This document shows, piece by piece, positions 13,566-28,049 of a stretch of 64,000 nt of DNA. The notes below the pieces were generated by a model that worked only from the letters and a program-made list of their open reading frames with translations, was not told the origin of the DNA and made no database searches. Source of the stretch: the human T2T-CHM13v2.0 reference genome, Homo sapiens. The translations under genes and the position numbers were made by a program. Positions within the stretch are counted from its first letter, which is position 1. Each line of letters begins with the position of its first letter. The stretch lies in assembly GCF_009914755.1 (NCBI RefSeq), contig NC_060939.1, one strand, 5' to 3'.

Positions 13566-15620
13566 TAGCTATTATCAGTTAAAAGGAGAAAATGGGGGCT
13601 TCCAATTAGCTGAAGATAATGGTGGCAGCCAGATGCCCATATCCCAATATTTCCTCCCCAAATGATATAGATCAAAAAAGGGAGAAAGGAAAAGACACAA
13701 AAATCACACCCTTGGCATACCTTGAGGACAGAGAGTTAAAAATAACTTTAACTAAAGAGAGAAAGAATACCAAATCCAAGCACAGGAAAACTCATGCTTC
13801 CTTCCAGCCCACCCCACTACAGGGCTTTGAGGCAGGCAGAGAGAAAGGGAGCTGATCTATAAGGAAGAGTGAAGGAGAGAACTAGTATAGAGGCCTATAG
13901 GTGATCTAAAACCACTCCCAGCCACAAGTCCACCCAAAGCCTGAAAATACAACACGAGGTGTCCAGGTCGATCATGGTGCAGTGTACAGGACAGTCACAA
14001 GCCCATGCGACTTGAGAGGCAGCCTTCAGAATGCACAGCTTCTCAGGTGAGGAGAACAGGAGAAAGGAAGGAGGGAGTGCCCTTTGGCAACTGGGTGATA
14101 AGACGGTGAAGGAGCAAAAGGGGATGATTCAAGTGGCCACTGTTAAGAGCCCACAGATACAAGTTATTGTATAGAATGGGGAAGCATGAGGGAAAATGTG
14201 CCAGAGAGAATACCGGAAGGAATATTAAATCAGAGAGCTTAGAAAGAAACAAATCAGAAAACGAGGCAGAGGAGCCATGCGGAAGGGTGAGATGATGTAA
14301 TGGAAAGGGGGATGGAGGACAGCAGCATGAACAAGATCTATGAGAGGTGCATGAAATTGGGGAGTGAAGGAGCCGGCTGGGGGTGGGACTTGCTGGGACA
14401 CAGCAGCTTCAGTGGTCAAACTTGGTGTTCATTTCAGGACAACTCTTGCTCAGGGGAAGTAGGTGCATAGGCACATCGACATAGACACACACCTGTCTCC
14501 CAGCAAGCCTCTGCCAGAGGATCCCAGGGCCGGCAGGCAGGCAAAGAAGTAGGGCACATCCAAGGGGCTCTGCTGTAAAGAAAGAGTATGCACTGGGATC
14601 CAGACGACAGAAGAGGAGGGGACATGTGGTGATTATGGACATCATAGAAAAGAAATGCTGTAGAATTCAGATCAGTCCAAAACGCACCATGTAAAACAAA
14701 AGAAGAGAGGGCAACTTTGGTAACACTGATTAACATTTAGGATTTTGAAAATTTATGGTGTTTGCAAAACCTGCATTTGAGTTAAGTATTTTGCAGGGGA
14801 GATGTTATTGGTTATTTGTAGAACATCATATCTTTCCAGTTACAAAATATAAATTCATTTTGCAGCACAAGATATGATGTCTCATCTTTGAAGTTCTTTT
14901 TTCTCTATGTATGCATGGAAAGGGAACATGGTAGAAATAATCCTTTTTTTTTTTATGGGGGTAGATAATAGATGAAATATGGCACAGAACCCCCACTTCA
15001 GCACGTGAATGAGACACAGAAGGCAGTTCTCTCACTGAAGAAGGGGCCAAGGGCCTCCCCCTCATCAGCTCAGCCCCTTCTCACACTGCAGAGTCCCTCG
15101 GGACCGCCCCAGGACCTGGGGGCTATGTGGCACACTCCTTGAAAATCATTTGGTACTTGTCACTTCCTGATGCCTATTGCAGTAGATGTTGGAGCCACAC
15201 AGATAAATAAGTACCATTCCCTGCCCTTGGATAACTCAGTCTAGAGGAGAGACAGAAGGTTAAACAACCATCTGGAATGTAGTCAGCTGGGTGCTAAGGT
15301 AGAATCTGAGGGAGAAGAATAAACTCTATTAGAGTGGCCGTTATCAAACAAAAGATAAGTGTTGACAAGGATACAGAGAAAAGGGCCCCCTTACACACTG
15401 GTAGTGGGAATATAAATGAGTGCAGCCACTATGAAAAACAGTATGGAGGTTCCTCAAAGAATGAAAAATAAAACTACCATCTGATCCAGCAATCCCTGGG
15501 TTGCTGGGTATATATATCAGGATCAGGAGATCCTGATTTCAATTGAGATCAGTGAACTCCCTTATTTCTTGCAGCATTATTTACAATGGCCAAAACATGG
15601 AAGCAACCTAAATGTGTATT

Positions 15621-15729
15621 TATAGACGAATGGATGAAGAACTTGTGAAATATATACATGCATGTATATATACATGAAATATATACATGCATGTATATAT
15701 TTCACAAGTTCTTCATCCATTCGTCTATA
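15621..15729. repeat. Perfect inverted repeat, 51-bp arms, 7-nt spacer
   Basis: 15621-15671 is the exact reverse complement of 15679-15729. Confidence 0.93.
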
Positions 15730-16175
15730 CACACACACACACCCAATGGAATATTATTAAGCCTTAAAAAGAAAAATTCTGACATTTGTGACAACATGGG
15801 TGAACCTGAAGGACATTATGCCAAGTGAAATAAGCCAGGCACAGAAAGATGAATATTACATGATACCACTTATATGAGGAATCTAAAATAGCCAAACTCA
15901 TAAAAGCAAAGAGTAGAGTGGTGGTTGCTAGAGCTTGGGAGGAAGGGGGAAATGGGAGGTGTTATTCAAAGGGTACAAAGTTTCAGTTATAAAAGATTAA
16001 TAAGTCCTAGAGCTCTACGATACAGTATAGGGCTTACAGTTAACAATACTGTATTGCATACTTAAAAATGTGTTAAAAGAGTAGACCTTATTTTTAAGTA
16101 TTCTTATCATAAAATGGTAATAATAAAGAGGATGGGAGGAAACTTTTGGAGGTGAGTAATGTGTTTATGGCATAG

Positions 16176-16493
<318 letters not shown>

Positions 16494-16879
16494 TAAAGTG
16501 GCTTTCTTTAAAGCCAATTATTCCATTTGTTTCTCTGCATTAGACATTTCACATTTTACTTGACAGGGACAGCCCAGAGTTTGCCAAAGCCACATCCAAA
16601 CCTGAGTCCATGCTGAGATCATACAGCTTTCTATACCATACTTTCATCAAGAGCTTCCATGCCTGAAAGTGCCAAGCAACAGGAACTGGTTGAGAGATGG
16701 CAGGTCCAGAATTCTGTTCTTGATGGAATGGGTTTTCTATATTAATATGACGGTCTTTGTTGTTTCGTGGCCAGTCTCATCAGAAGGGCTTTGTGGGGGG
16801 CAAATTGTAGTCAGTTTTAAAAATTCAAATAATTCCAGGAGTAAAAAGGTCGGTTCATTTTAGGATATCTATTACGCAC

Positions 16880-18950
16880 CAAGATGTTAAGAGAAAAATA
16901 TCATCTTAATTGATACTGAAAAATTACTTGATAATATTTACTACCCAATCTGTACAAATTAATAAAAAGCTATGAATAGAAGTAAAATTCCTTAATTTGA
17001 TAAGGAAAGTCTACTGGAATTCAGTAGTATTCATCATACCTAAAGGTGAAACAAGAGAGCCAATCCTATTTCGAGGAAAAGATAAGGATACTCAATATCA
17101 CTATGAAGGTTCCAGCCAATGAAATGAGACAAGAAAAATAAATGAGGTATAAAGATTGTAGAAAAAGGATAAAACCCACCTTATTTATATATGACATCAT
17201 TTCTTACCAACAAAATTATTGCCAACTTATGAAAAACTATTAGACCTAATCATATATTCATGACACTGTCCAGATCAAGTAAACATTTAAAACTCAATAG
17301 CTTTCCTATATATAAGCAAGAACCATATAGATCAGGTAGTTTTAACAAGATGCCATTCACTATAGCAAGAAAAATATTAAATATTTAAAATAAATGAAAC
17401 AATAAATGTACAAGAACCATAGGAAAGAAAAACAAACTTTACTAAAGGGCATAAAATTTAAATAAATGACAAAACAACATATTTCAGTCGAAGACAACTC
17501 CTTACTAAAAAGCCATCAATTTCCCCCAAATTAATCCATAAATTCAATTTTTAAACTCCTCAATATTCCAATGGAATTTTCATGAGAATCACCTGATTTT
17601 AAAATTCATCTAGAAGAGCAAATGTTCAAGAGTAGCCAAAAGCTTTTGAATAAAGATGAAGTGAAAATATGTCCTACAAGATATGAAAATTTTATAAGCC
17701 CACAGCAATTAAAACACGTGGGGAAGGAACAGGGATACCAAAGAGATTGTAATGAAATGAAATAATCTAGAAATAGACCCCTGTTTGTAGTATATGATAA
17801 AAGCACATTTAAATAATTGAGGAAACAACTCAATAATCAGCATTAGGATAATAATTATTATTAAAAAATAATGTTAGATCTCTGTGTCACAGTATATACC
17901 AAGATAAAAACTATAAATATACCAAAAGAAAATATAGAAAAATAAAATCTATAAAAATATCCCAGAAAAATATTTTTAAATTTTGTGGTGAGGAGAGACT
18001 TTCTGACAAGAACTAAACTCTTTTGGCCTCTATAAGCATGAAAAAGGTTTACAAATCTGATTTAATAAGAATTGGGGGCTTCTCTATGTCAAAAGACACT
18101 ATTAAAGTCAAATGGCAGACTGAGAAATAATATTTCTGAACAAAGTGCTAATAGCTAATATCCTTAATATTTTTTAAAGCTCCTGAAGTTCACTAAGAAA
18201 AGATAAAACAACCCAATGTAAAAAAGGCAAAGGATGTATGTAAGTAATTCCCAGGGGAAAAAGTACCAATGATTTTTAAATATATGAAAAGATATTTATT
18301 ACCCACTAGTAATCAGGACAATTCAGATTGTTACAGTGGGGTACAATTTTACCTGGCAGATTACAGAAATTTAAAATGATGGTAAAATATAATATGGGGT
18401 AGGGAGCTGGGGGAGAAGTTTGTGACTCACTAAGTATTGAGTGTATAATGTACCACAGTAAGCAAACCCTTGATTTAGCAAAATAGTCATTAAGAGCACA
18501 AAGACCTTTATAAGAATGTCCATTGCAGCCAGTTTTATAAGCTGAAAAAATTAAATGCAACCTAACTATTCAACAATAGAAAAATGATTAAATGTTACAT
18601 TATTTCCATCCTATGAAACACTCTTTAGCCATTAAAAATAATGGACTAGCTCTATATTTAATAACACAAAATGAAGGTCCTTAAAATGATGGTGGGCTAA
18701 AAAAATTATAGTAGGGTCCCATTTTGTATTAAAAAATACATGTGAACTTTTATATAATTTTGTTTATGCCTGTCCGCACATGCACAGAAAGATCTGGAAG
18801 GATTCTCACTAATTGTTAAAAGTGGTTATCCTTGTGGAGTGAAGCGAGATTGGGGCCAAGCAGAAGAAGTGAGACCTTCCACTTCTTTTAGGAGGCTTAA
18901 ATTGTTTTTAATGATCATGCATTGCTTCTGTGATTTAAAAAAAATTAAAA
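16880..18950 (+). mobile_element. Old L1 (L1ME/MC-type) ORF2 to 3' remnant
   Basis: A-rich, degenerate L1 motifs (tcaatagctttcctatata, ccccaaattaatccataaattcaa, ctgattttaaaattcat). Confidence 0.75.
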
Positions 18951-20011
18951 TTGTGCTGATGAAAAACATATGGAAAATAAAACTGCCAGAGGTAACACTG
19001 CTGCACAGCCTATAAATCAAATCTGAAAAGTGTCTTTGGACCAGATGCCCCCTGCCAGGCCTCCTCTCCATCTGAGGTATTCTGAACTGACAGTCTTCAG
19101 AAATTTGACTGTCTGCAAATCCATCCGTGACTTCCTCCTTATGGGTCAGGTGCTCCCATCTGCTTGCTCTTCCTGCTGCTCAGAATTCTTCCTTGAGGGC
19201 AGGCCTCGTCCAGGGGCCCCCCAGAACCACTGGACCCTGCAGCCTGGAATGTTGTAACGGGACCAGGGAAAGACAGGAGGAAGTTGCCATCAAGCCTCTG
19301 AAGCTCATAGTCATATTTAAACTCTTAGTTAATTGATTCATTTCATCATTTTGAACTCATTGTTTTAATTACATTGAATCTTTTAAAAGAATTTTTCACT
19401 TAAAGAGTCCTTGGAGATATCCTTTTGTTCAATCCTAACATTTTATGTATAAGGAAGGGGAGGCCCAGAGAAGGATGGTTAATAAATTGTATTAGATTTA
19501 AGACCCTGAATTTGGGGGCTCAAGCCTCATTAAATTTCTTGATTCTTATGTGAGCCAACTTCTGCCCCTCCTATGCAGAATGTTACTTGAGAATGCTATT
19601 GCCACCCTGTAACCCACACACCTCCAGAAGAGCCAACATGATTATGTCTCTTCATGAGGACAAAAGTCATCAACTGGGCTTTCTGTCATGTCTTCATACC
19701 AAGTTCTTCTGACCACGGGGCCTTTGCACAGACAGTTCTTTCTTTCTGCAATGCACTTCCCTGCTCTTCACAAGGCTGGCTCTTTCCACACACTCAGGCA
19801 CCTCCTTGGAGAGGCCTTTCCTGACCACTGCACTCCCTTCCCACCATTCTCCCTTTCAGCAACCTGTTTCCCTCAAAGGAGGCAGAGTCCGTGCCTCTCT
19901 GTCCACTATTGTATGCATCCAGCACATGGCACATTAGTGGGTTCTCAAAAAAGAGTTTGAGTGAATGAGCAAATCTGACACCTAGTTTTGAAAGGTTTCT
20001 GACCCCTGCTC

Positions 20012-20300
20012 TTTTTTTTTTTTTTAAATGGAGTCTCACTCTGTTGCTCAGGCTGTAGTGCAGTGGTGCCCTCTCAGCTCACTGCAACCTCCGCCTCCTG
20101 GGTTCGAAGGATTCTCCTGCCTTCTGAGTAGCTGGAATTACAGGCATGTACCACCATGCCCAGCTAATTTTTCTATTTTTAGTAGAGACAGAGATTTGCC
20201 ATGTTGGCCAGGCTGGTCTCGAACCCCCAACCTCAGGTGATCTAGCTGCCTGGGCTTCCCAAAGTGCTGGGGTTATAGGCGTGAGCCACCACACTCGGCC
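20012..20300 (-). mobile_element. Alu (Sx-like)
   Basis: Full dimer, reverse orientation. Confidence 0.92.
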
Positions 20301-20846
20301 AGGCTCCTGTTCTTATGTGATTATCTCATCATGTAGACCCAGAAATCTCTATTATTATTTAATTTTTCTGTTATTATTATATGGCAGGTGAAAATGATAG
20401 TTTTATTATTTTAATTTGTGTTAGATTACAAGGGAGATTTAACATATTTCCATTAGCTTATGTCATTTGCTCAGCTGTCCATTGGCATCTTAATGTTTCA
20501 CTCAATCATTCCTGGTTAGTGGCCTGATTAAGCAAGGGAGGAACCTATGAGTGGTTATAACCTGAGATACAGCAAAGAGAGGGGACAGGGTCTTACATCG
20601 CACTGGGGACAGGTCTTACATAGCACTGGGGACAGGGCCTCAAGGGCTTGGTGCTCTGACACACAGGCACTGAGTCCAGCTGCAGGGCTCAGCTGCAGGC
20701 CTAAGGTTCTACCACAGCCTGGGGTGGATGGAGATGGGTCTAATTCCTAGGGAGCCTCCTCAATTTCTTCCTTGTCAGCACTGTATTCTGCGCCTGTCTC
20801 TGGTGAGGGGCAAGGATCTTGGCAAATTTTAGCCAATATTTAATGA

Positions 20847-21285
<439 letters not shown>

Positions 21286-21298
21286 TTACATTAATCCT

Positions 21299-21654
21299 TG
21301 ATATGGTTTGGCTATGTCCCCACCCAAATCTCAAATTGTAGCTCCCATAATTCCCACATGTCGTGGGAGGGTCCGGGTGGGAGGTAATTGAATCATGGGG
21401 ACAGGTCTTCCCTTGCTGTTGTGACAGTGAATAAGTTTCATGAGATCTGATGGTTTTATAAAGGGGAATTCCCCTGCACATGCTCTCTTGCCTGCCACCA
21501 TGTGAGACATGACTTTGCTCCTCCTTCACCTTCCACCATGATGGTGACACCTCCCCAGCCATGTGGAACTGTGAGTCAATTAAACCTCTTTTCCCTTATA
21601 AATTACCCAGTCTCAGGCATGTCTTTATTAGCAGCATGAGAACAGACTAATACA
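21299..21654 (+). mobile_element. THE1 solo LTR
   Basis: tgatatggtttggct...gaacagactaataca; TSD atcct/accct. Confidence 0.9.
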
Positions 21655-22734
21655 ACCCTGTATTATATAATTCAGAGCTAAGTATTTATTCAGTTATTAT
21701 GCATGTATCCAGCAATCACCATGAACCAGGCACTTGGTCCTGGACATACAGGGGCCGGTTGGCTACAACCCCTAGCTACAATGATTTGTATGACAGACCA
21801 GGGAGAAGCATGATGGCAGTGAAAACAGCAAGTGTGTTGCAGCCTAAATCCAAGTTTGAATCCAGACTGTGACGTGCAGACACGGCAAGCCTTAGCCTCT
21901 GTGAACGAGAAGTACATAGTGATACCATCTTCACGGACTCTGATGTAAAGTGTTTGGCCTAGGGAAGGAATAAAAAGTCCACTTTGGGCCTTCAAATCAG
22001 AGAGAAACCAGTGCTATATGAAGTGATCAAGGGTGGAGGAGGTGTAGAGGAGGTAGAATGTGGGCCCAGCCCTGAAGAATGGGTAGAATTTGGAAGGGAA
22101 AATGCAGAAGCCAAAGAATGAAGATAATCCTAATCCACTGAAGGGCAGTCAAGGAGCTGGAAGAATGGAAGGGTAGCTGGAATTCTTCTACCCTTGCAGG
22201 GAAGGAGCAGGGCCAGAGGGATGGGCACCCGGAGCCAGCCCACAGCAGGTGTCCCTCAAACTGAGTCTTCAAATACTTACTGAACTTTCATTTTGAGGAC
22301 AGGCTGAGCCCTGTGTGTGGAGAGGAAGAGCAAGGCGGGCGGCACCTAATTTGCACACCGCAACTAACAAAACTAAAACCCCACAGATAACCAGACCCAC
22401 ATTCCTCAGACGCCATTGGACTGACTTCTATTGTTAATGAAGTATTGCCTTGTTGGGGAGGGAAGTGTCTCCTCTAACCCCGAGCAGCTTATCCAGGACA
22501 TTCTTCTTGCCATGCACAGGAGTTCCATCATCTCCTTGCATATCTGGTCAGATGTTGCTGTCCTGGAGGTGTTTTAGAGCCCCTTATAGACCAACACTCT
22601 CAGCAGCTGCCAGGCTGGCCCACCCCTTATTCTAGTTCTCAGAAGAGACAAGCTATTCCAGCCCTGTGTCAGGACAGCAGCCAGGAGGAAATGAGAAGCT
22701 CCTGCAGCTTTTTCATCAGTGGGGAAGATTTTGC

Positions 22735-24070
22735 AGTCATTCAGTCATTCAATGACTACATCATGGTCACCTACTACATACAAGGAGAATCTAAAGGAGA
22801 AAAAGCGCAAGACATGAACTCTTCCCTCCAAGAGTTTGTGGCAGTTCATATAATGAGGGAGATAAGTAAAATGCCCTATATGCCCTGAAAGAAATACAGA
22901 AACTGTGACGGTAATCCAGAGTGGGGAGACATTACTTCTAGTTGGGGTGGCAGGGAGAGAGGCAGAGAATGCTTTGAGAGGAGAAGGATCTTGAAGGATA
23001 CACAGGCTTTGGGACATGCAGACATGGTGAGGAATTGCATCTAGAGAATCATAAAGCCTCAGAGATTGTGTAACCCCTTATTTCACATGTGAGGAAACTG
23101 AGGTCGAGGCTGGTAAATGGCAGATTTTGAAATGGAGCTTTTTTCTATTCAGCACTCTCCTCACCTGGGGCTGGCCTTCCGAACAGAAGACAGTGTGGGC
23201 ACCAACCTGGGGTGTGGAAGTTTTGACTGCTCATGGTGGAATGAGGATGCAGCTTGCTTGTAAAATAGGATTTTGTAGTTGATTCGCTGCTAGGGGTAAA
23301 AGAAGAGCCAGGGGAACCCAGAGGTCTCCAGCCTGATGACTGGGAGGACACCTGAGCCAGTGAACAGGAGGAGGCAGGGATGGGAGAAAAAAATGGTGTG
23401 TTTGGTTTGGGACATGTTGAACTGGAGGTTTTTATAAAATATACAGGGGAAATCTCTAACAGGTTGGGGAAACCTGGTGCTGGAGTTCAGGACAAAAGAT
23501 ATAAATTGTGGATAGTTGGGATTGTCCAAGGGATAGAATGCAGAGAAAAACAGAAATTGACCAGAGAAGGTTGGTGGACAGTGGTGAGCATAGCCACCTT
23601 CTAAAGACTGTAGCACCAGCTCCCTTCGGAGAGGAGAACCAGGAACTGGACCCGAGGTAGACAGAGGTTGGAGAATGCAATGCCCTGGAGGTGAAGATGA
23701 GAGATTTGGGGAGAAGCAGTCTACATTCTAGCAAAAAGGGTTAACATGCTACCTACGTGACATCTGAGAAAAGAGACAGCTGCATCTAGCAGCTACAACA
23801 TCTCGCATGACCTTTGCAGGTGCGAGGCAGCCAGAGTGAATGTTATCTAGGAAGTTTGACACTGAAGAGGAGGAGGAGGATTAAGGGGTGCCAGAACTGA
23901 GGCAAGACGTGGTTTGTCTTTTCCTTTTTAAGGCTAGGATAATTGGAATATGTTTCCTGGAGGATGGAGAGGAGTTGGCAGAGTGGGAGATAAGAGATGG
24001 GAGGGAGAAGGGATGCGTGACAGAGGATAATCCTGAAGGAGGCAGGAGGGGTTAAGGTCAAGGGTGTGGC
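22735..24070 (-). mobile_element. L2 fragments with a MIR piece
   Basis: gtcattcagtcattcaat tail; gtttgggacatgttgaactggaggt L2 core; purine-rich. Confidence 0.6.
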
Positions 24071-26767
24071 CTACTGACAGTTGGAGTTAGGGTCTCTGAG
24101 CTGAGATGGGAGGGTGGTTCTGAAGGGTGAAACAGAGGGGAGCCTAGAAGTCCCAGCAATCAGGTCAGTCTCACGCAGCACGAAAACCACAAGCTGAGAC
24201 TCCAACCTTGGGAGAAACCCAAAGTTAAGGGTCAAAAAGGCATCAAGGATGGGACAACTGAAAAACAGCCGTGATGTCCAGAAGCCCACACGAGTTGGTC
24301 AGTAGTACCCAGCCCAGAAGACAGGGCTGACTGAAGATGACCAACAAGGATAAAGTTTGCTTTTGAAGACAGATTAGAATAAGCTATAGTCCATTAAAGC
24401 CACATACCAAATGCATGATTTCCCTGCTTGTTCTGCACTTTAGAGTCCAAATATTTTAATTAAACCAACATGTGAATATCAGAGATATCAAAAGAACAAG
24501 AACATTATTAATTTGGGAACCAAGGCAACTAACCACTTTATTCTTTTAAGTCATTTCCTCATTTAGCTCCAATCTCGGTAACAAACATTTCGATATCTCT
24601 ACGATAATTTTCCTGGATTTAAAACCACAGTTTTGATTTTTACCCCTTGGGGATTTATTTCTTATCTCTTGGGCCCTTTTGAACAAGGCAGTTATCAGAT
24701 TAACTTTTAGCTCACTGGCCTGGGGTTGAATAGGTCATTTCCCTCCTGAATCATAGGCTCCTAAGAATTCAAGCCAAAATTCCAGGCTGGCTTTAAGTAA
24801 TGAATACTGTAATTAACTTCTAACCAAGCAAGCTAACATTTTGCTTGGAGAAAGCATCCTTTTCCCAAACAAATGCCTTTCAAATAAAAACAATTTCATG
24901 CCCTCTTTTTCCAGCCTGATACTTTCCAGGGCTTGGGAATAACCACTGTGTTGTGCAAGAGTATGTTCTTGGAGCCTCTTAAAATCCAGTTTGCTCTGGT
25001 TTTTGGTTCTGCCATAGAAGCTGCACCATCTTTTAGGACTATATTGTTTTTAAGAGAGTTAACTGAGTTCCCTTCCATCTGTACTGTCTGGGAAGTTTTG
25101 TGGAAGTCCTGCCAAGCCTGGTTAGATGTGACTTCTGTCTGCCCAACTCACTGGACACAGGACAAAAACAGATCCCAGACCTTAGCAGATTGGGACTGCA
25201 GTCTGTGATTGAACGTCATCAATGACCTGCCAAGGCTGGGGAGGAGGGAGAGTAGGAGTGCTCTGACCCAGCAGGGGAGAGTATTTTACACGATGATAAT
25301 AAAAAGCACCACTTCTAGACAGTTTTATGACTGTTTTTCATCCTCTGTAGACAATGCACCTCCTTATTGCCTGCATCTGGGACCTACCACGCCCAGTGCC
25401 TGGCCAAGGGCTATCGGCCTTGTCTTTAGCCCAACCCATGAAATAAGTGAAATGAAGACCTGTAGTAGGGTCAGTAATGGGAGTTTGAATGAGACAGTCT
25501 TGAGAAAATACCAAACGTGCAGCCAGAAAAACAAACTATATAGAAACTAACTGAAAGGGTATATCATTTAAGTGTCAGCTGTGAGATTTTTTTTCAGTCC
25601 TAGGGCAAAGCCATGTCAGGAACCAAAAGGAGAATAAGGCATCACATATATATATGCAGCAAGGAATTCATCTTGAGCTGGGTTAGGAATTTTTGCCAAA
25701 CGGATTTTCATTCTGACCTGGAGTGTCTTTTGGTGTTTTGTTTAGTTTGGTTTGGTTTGGTTTTTGGCTGAGCCATGCATGTGGCAGTCTTTCTCTGAGG
25801 AAGTTTTTAAGTCACCACCTAATTTCTGTCAGCACTTAAAGTGAGGGGCAAATAGCGTTGCCCTGAAACCTGGCCTATTTTCTCAGCACTGTGGCAAAGA
25901 CCCCTGTCCTGCTGTTATGGTGCTGCACACAGCTGTGCACAGAGCGTGGGTGGCCCTGGAACACTGCCACACGAAGCAGCGCTAAGCCGAGGTTTCCCTG
26001 CTGTGAGGTCCCGTCCCTGGACTACCGTGGACTGTGCAGTTACGTGGGAGGTAGAGTCGCGTGGTGTACAGATCACAAAATGGATTACATCCCCTACTCT
26101 GCTACATACTAACCATGTGGTTTGGGGGCACGCCTATTCTTTGCTCTAAAACTAGCTTTCTCACCTGGAAAACGGGATTGGAATAAGGACAGCCAGGGGG
26201 AGGAGTAATTAAAATAAGGTGTGTGAATTTACTCTGCGAACTATAAAATGCTACAGGGATGTAAGGGTGAATTGCCTACAGGTTCTGCTGATTTGGTTTT
26301 CTGGTTGTCGTTAGGCCTTAGCCAGTAATTAGTGACCAAATGTAAGATGGGGGAAAAAAGGGTTTAGCAGCAGCACCTGTGTGAAAAAAAATCAAAGCGT
26401 TTTTATCATGTAGGTGGGGTTCCATGGAAAGCTGAGCTGCAGCAATTGAAGTGGACTGTGGAGAAGAAGGGGCATCACGGTTCTGCTCTCCTGTGCCATG
26501 ATCAGACCCGTCCTAGTTATTACCTTCCAGGGGGGCTCCTCACTGGTCTATAGATGACGTAGATCAGCCGGATAACATGTGGCAGGAGGAGGCATCTAGG
26601 AAGCACCAGGACCTTAACTGGAAACGCTGGGAAGAAAGTGAAGCTGTCTTCGTATTTTCTTAAGGGTCTTATGTAGAAGTTGGATTTGACTTGTTATCCC
26701 AGCTTTCCAGGGAAGAGTAAGAGCACTGGGTGGACACATGCAGGGTGTAGATATTAGCTTATCTAAG

Positions 26768-26945
26768 GCATGGTTCCCAAACTTTGCTACAAATCAGAAT
26801 CACCAGGAAACTTTCAAATCTCCCATTGCCCAGGCCATACCTGAACCCATTAAATCAGAATTTCTGGGAGTGAGGCCCAGGCATCAGTTTAAAAAAAAAA
26901 ACTTTTCAGGTGCTTGCCATGGGCAGCCAAGTTTGAGAAGCAGTG
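26768..26945. mobile_element. MER5A1-like hAT MITE
   Basis: tggttcccaaactt...aagtttgagaagcagtg termini; aaatcagaatttctggg core. Confidence 0.8.
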
Positions 26946-28049
26946 ATGCATGCAGTAGTAAAAGCATCAGGACTAGTCAAGACGGGGTGAGCGGCTAGGG
27001 ATGTGGGGAATCCCCTGCCTCTGAAGCTGCTCAGATCCAGGCTGGATGTCACTTGGTGATGATGAATTCAAGCCTTCCGCATAGAGGTAGACTAAGATAG
27101 ATAAACTTCAAGCTCTTTCCCATCCTGGGGGGGCTGAGTCAATGCTCCAAAGTGGAAGTTTTCCAGTTTATTTAATTCCAAGGAACTATTTGTTCAAATA
27201 ACATAAAATATTTAAAACAAAGCAACAGGGAGGTGCCCCCCTCCATTCCATTCCACCCTCTGTTCCAGGATGACCTCTGAGGACACTTTGTAGAAATCTG
27301 GAAACTTAATGAAAATCTCTTGGACTCCAAGGAACACAGTTTTAAAAACCACCAATTTAAGGGAAGGGAAATAGGATTTCCACAGAAATTATTTTCTTAC
27401 TCAGCCATCTGTAGTTGGAATCTTGATTATTTTGATGAATAGAAGTAGCAAATCCCAAATGGAGGAGGGCCAAGATAAATGACCATGGACCTAATCTGTT
27501 TATTAGTTGGGAACATGAACAGCATCAGCCAGAATGTGGTTGACCCAGTGCCTCAGAAACTAGACCCAGGTCAATTTTGGCTTATTATCTTGGTGCCACA
27601 TAGAGGATGTAAGACCCACCTCATCTGGCTCATACGGTATCTTCAAGGGGAAAAATACTTTATTATTATTTGTGAAAGTTCCCAAGCTCTGCATTCACAA
27701 GTTGAGTGTTAAGCCTGGATTGAGCTCTTTCCTTATGACCTGCAGTGAGCAGAGCAGGTCTTGAACCTAGGTATTCTCAGTGCCAATATATTTTTACAAT
27801 TTCATGGTACGTTCTGTGCCACACAGACTCTAGTTCTGTATCAAAGCCGTAACTTACAAATGAGGAACAAAATGCAGCCTGGTACAGGGGAAAGAAGTAG
27901 CATATAGGTTTGAGTCCTGGTTCAACTCTTCACCAGCTGTGTCAGAGCAGACAAGTATCTAACTTAGTTTGCTTGCCTCTTAAATGGAATTCATTATATC
28001 TGTTTACCTATTTACCAAGATTATTGTGAGGTTAAAAGAAAAAGCCAAA

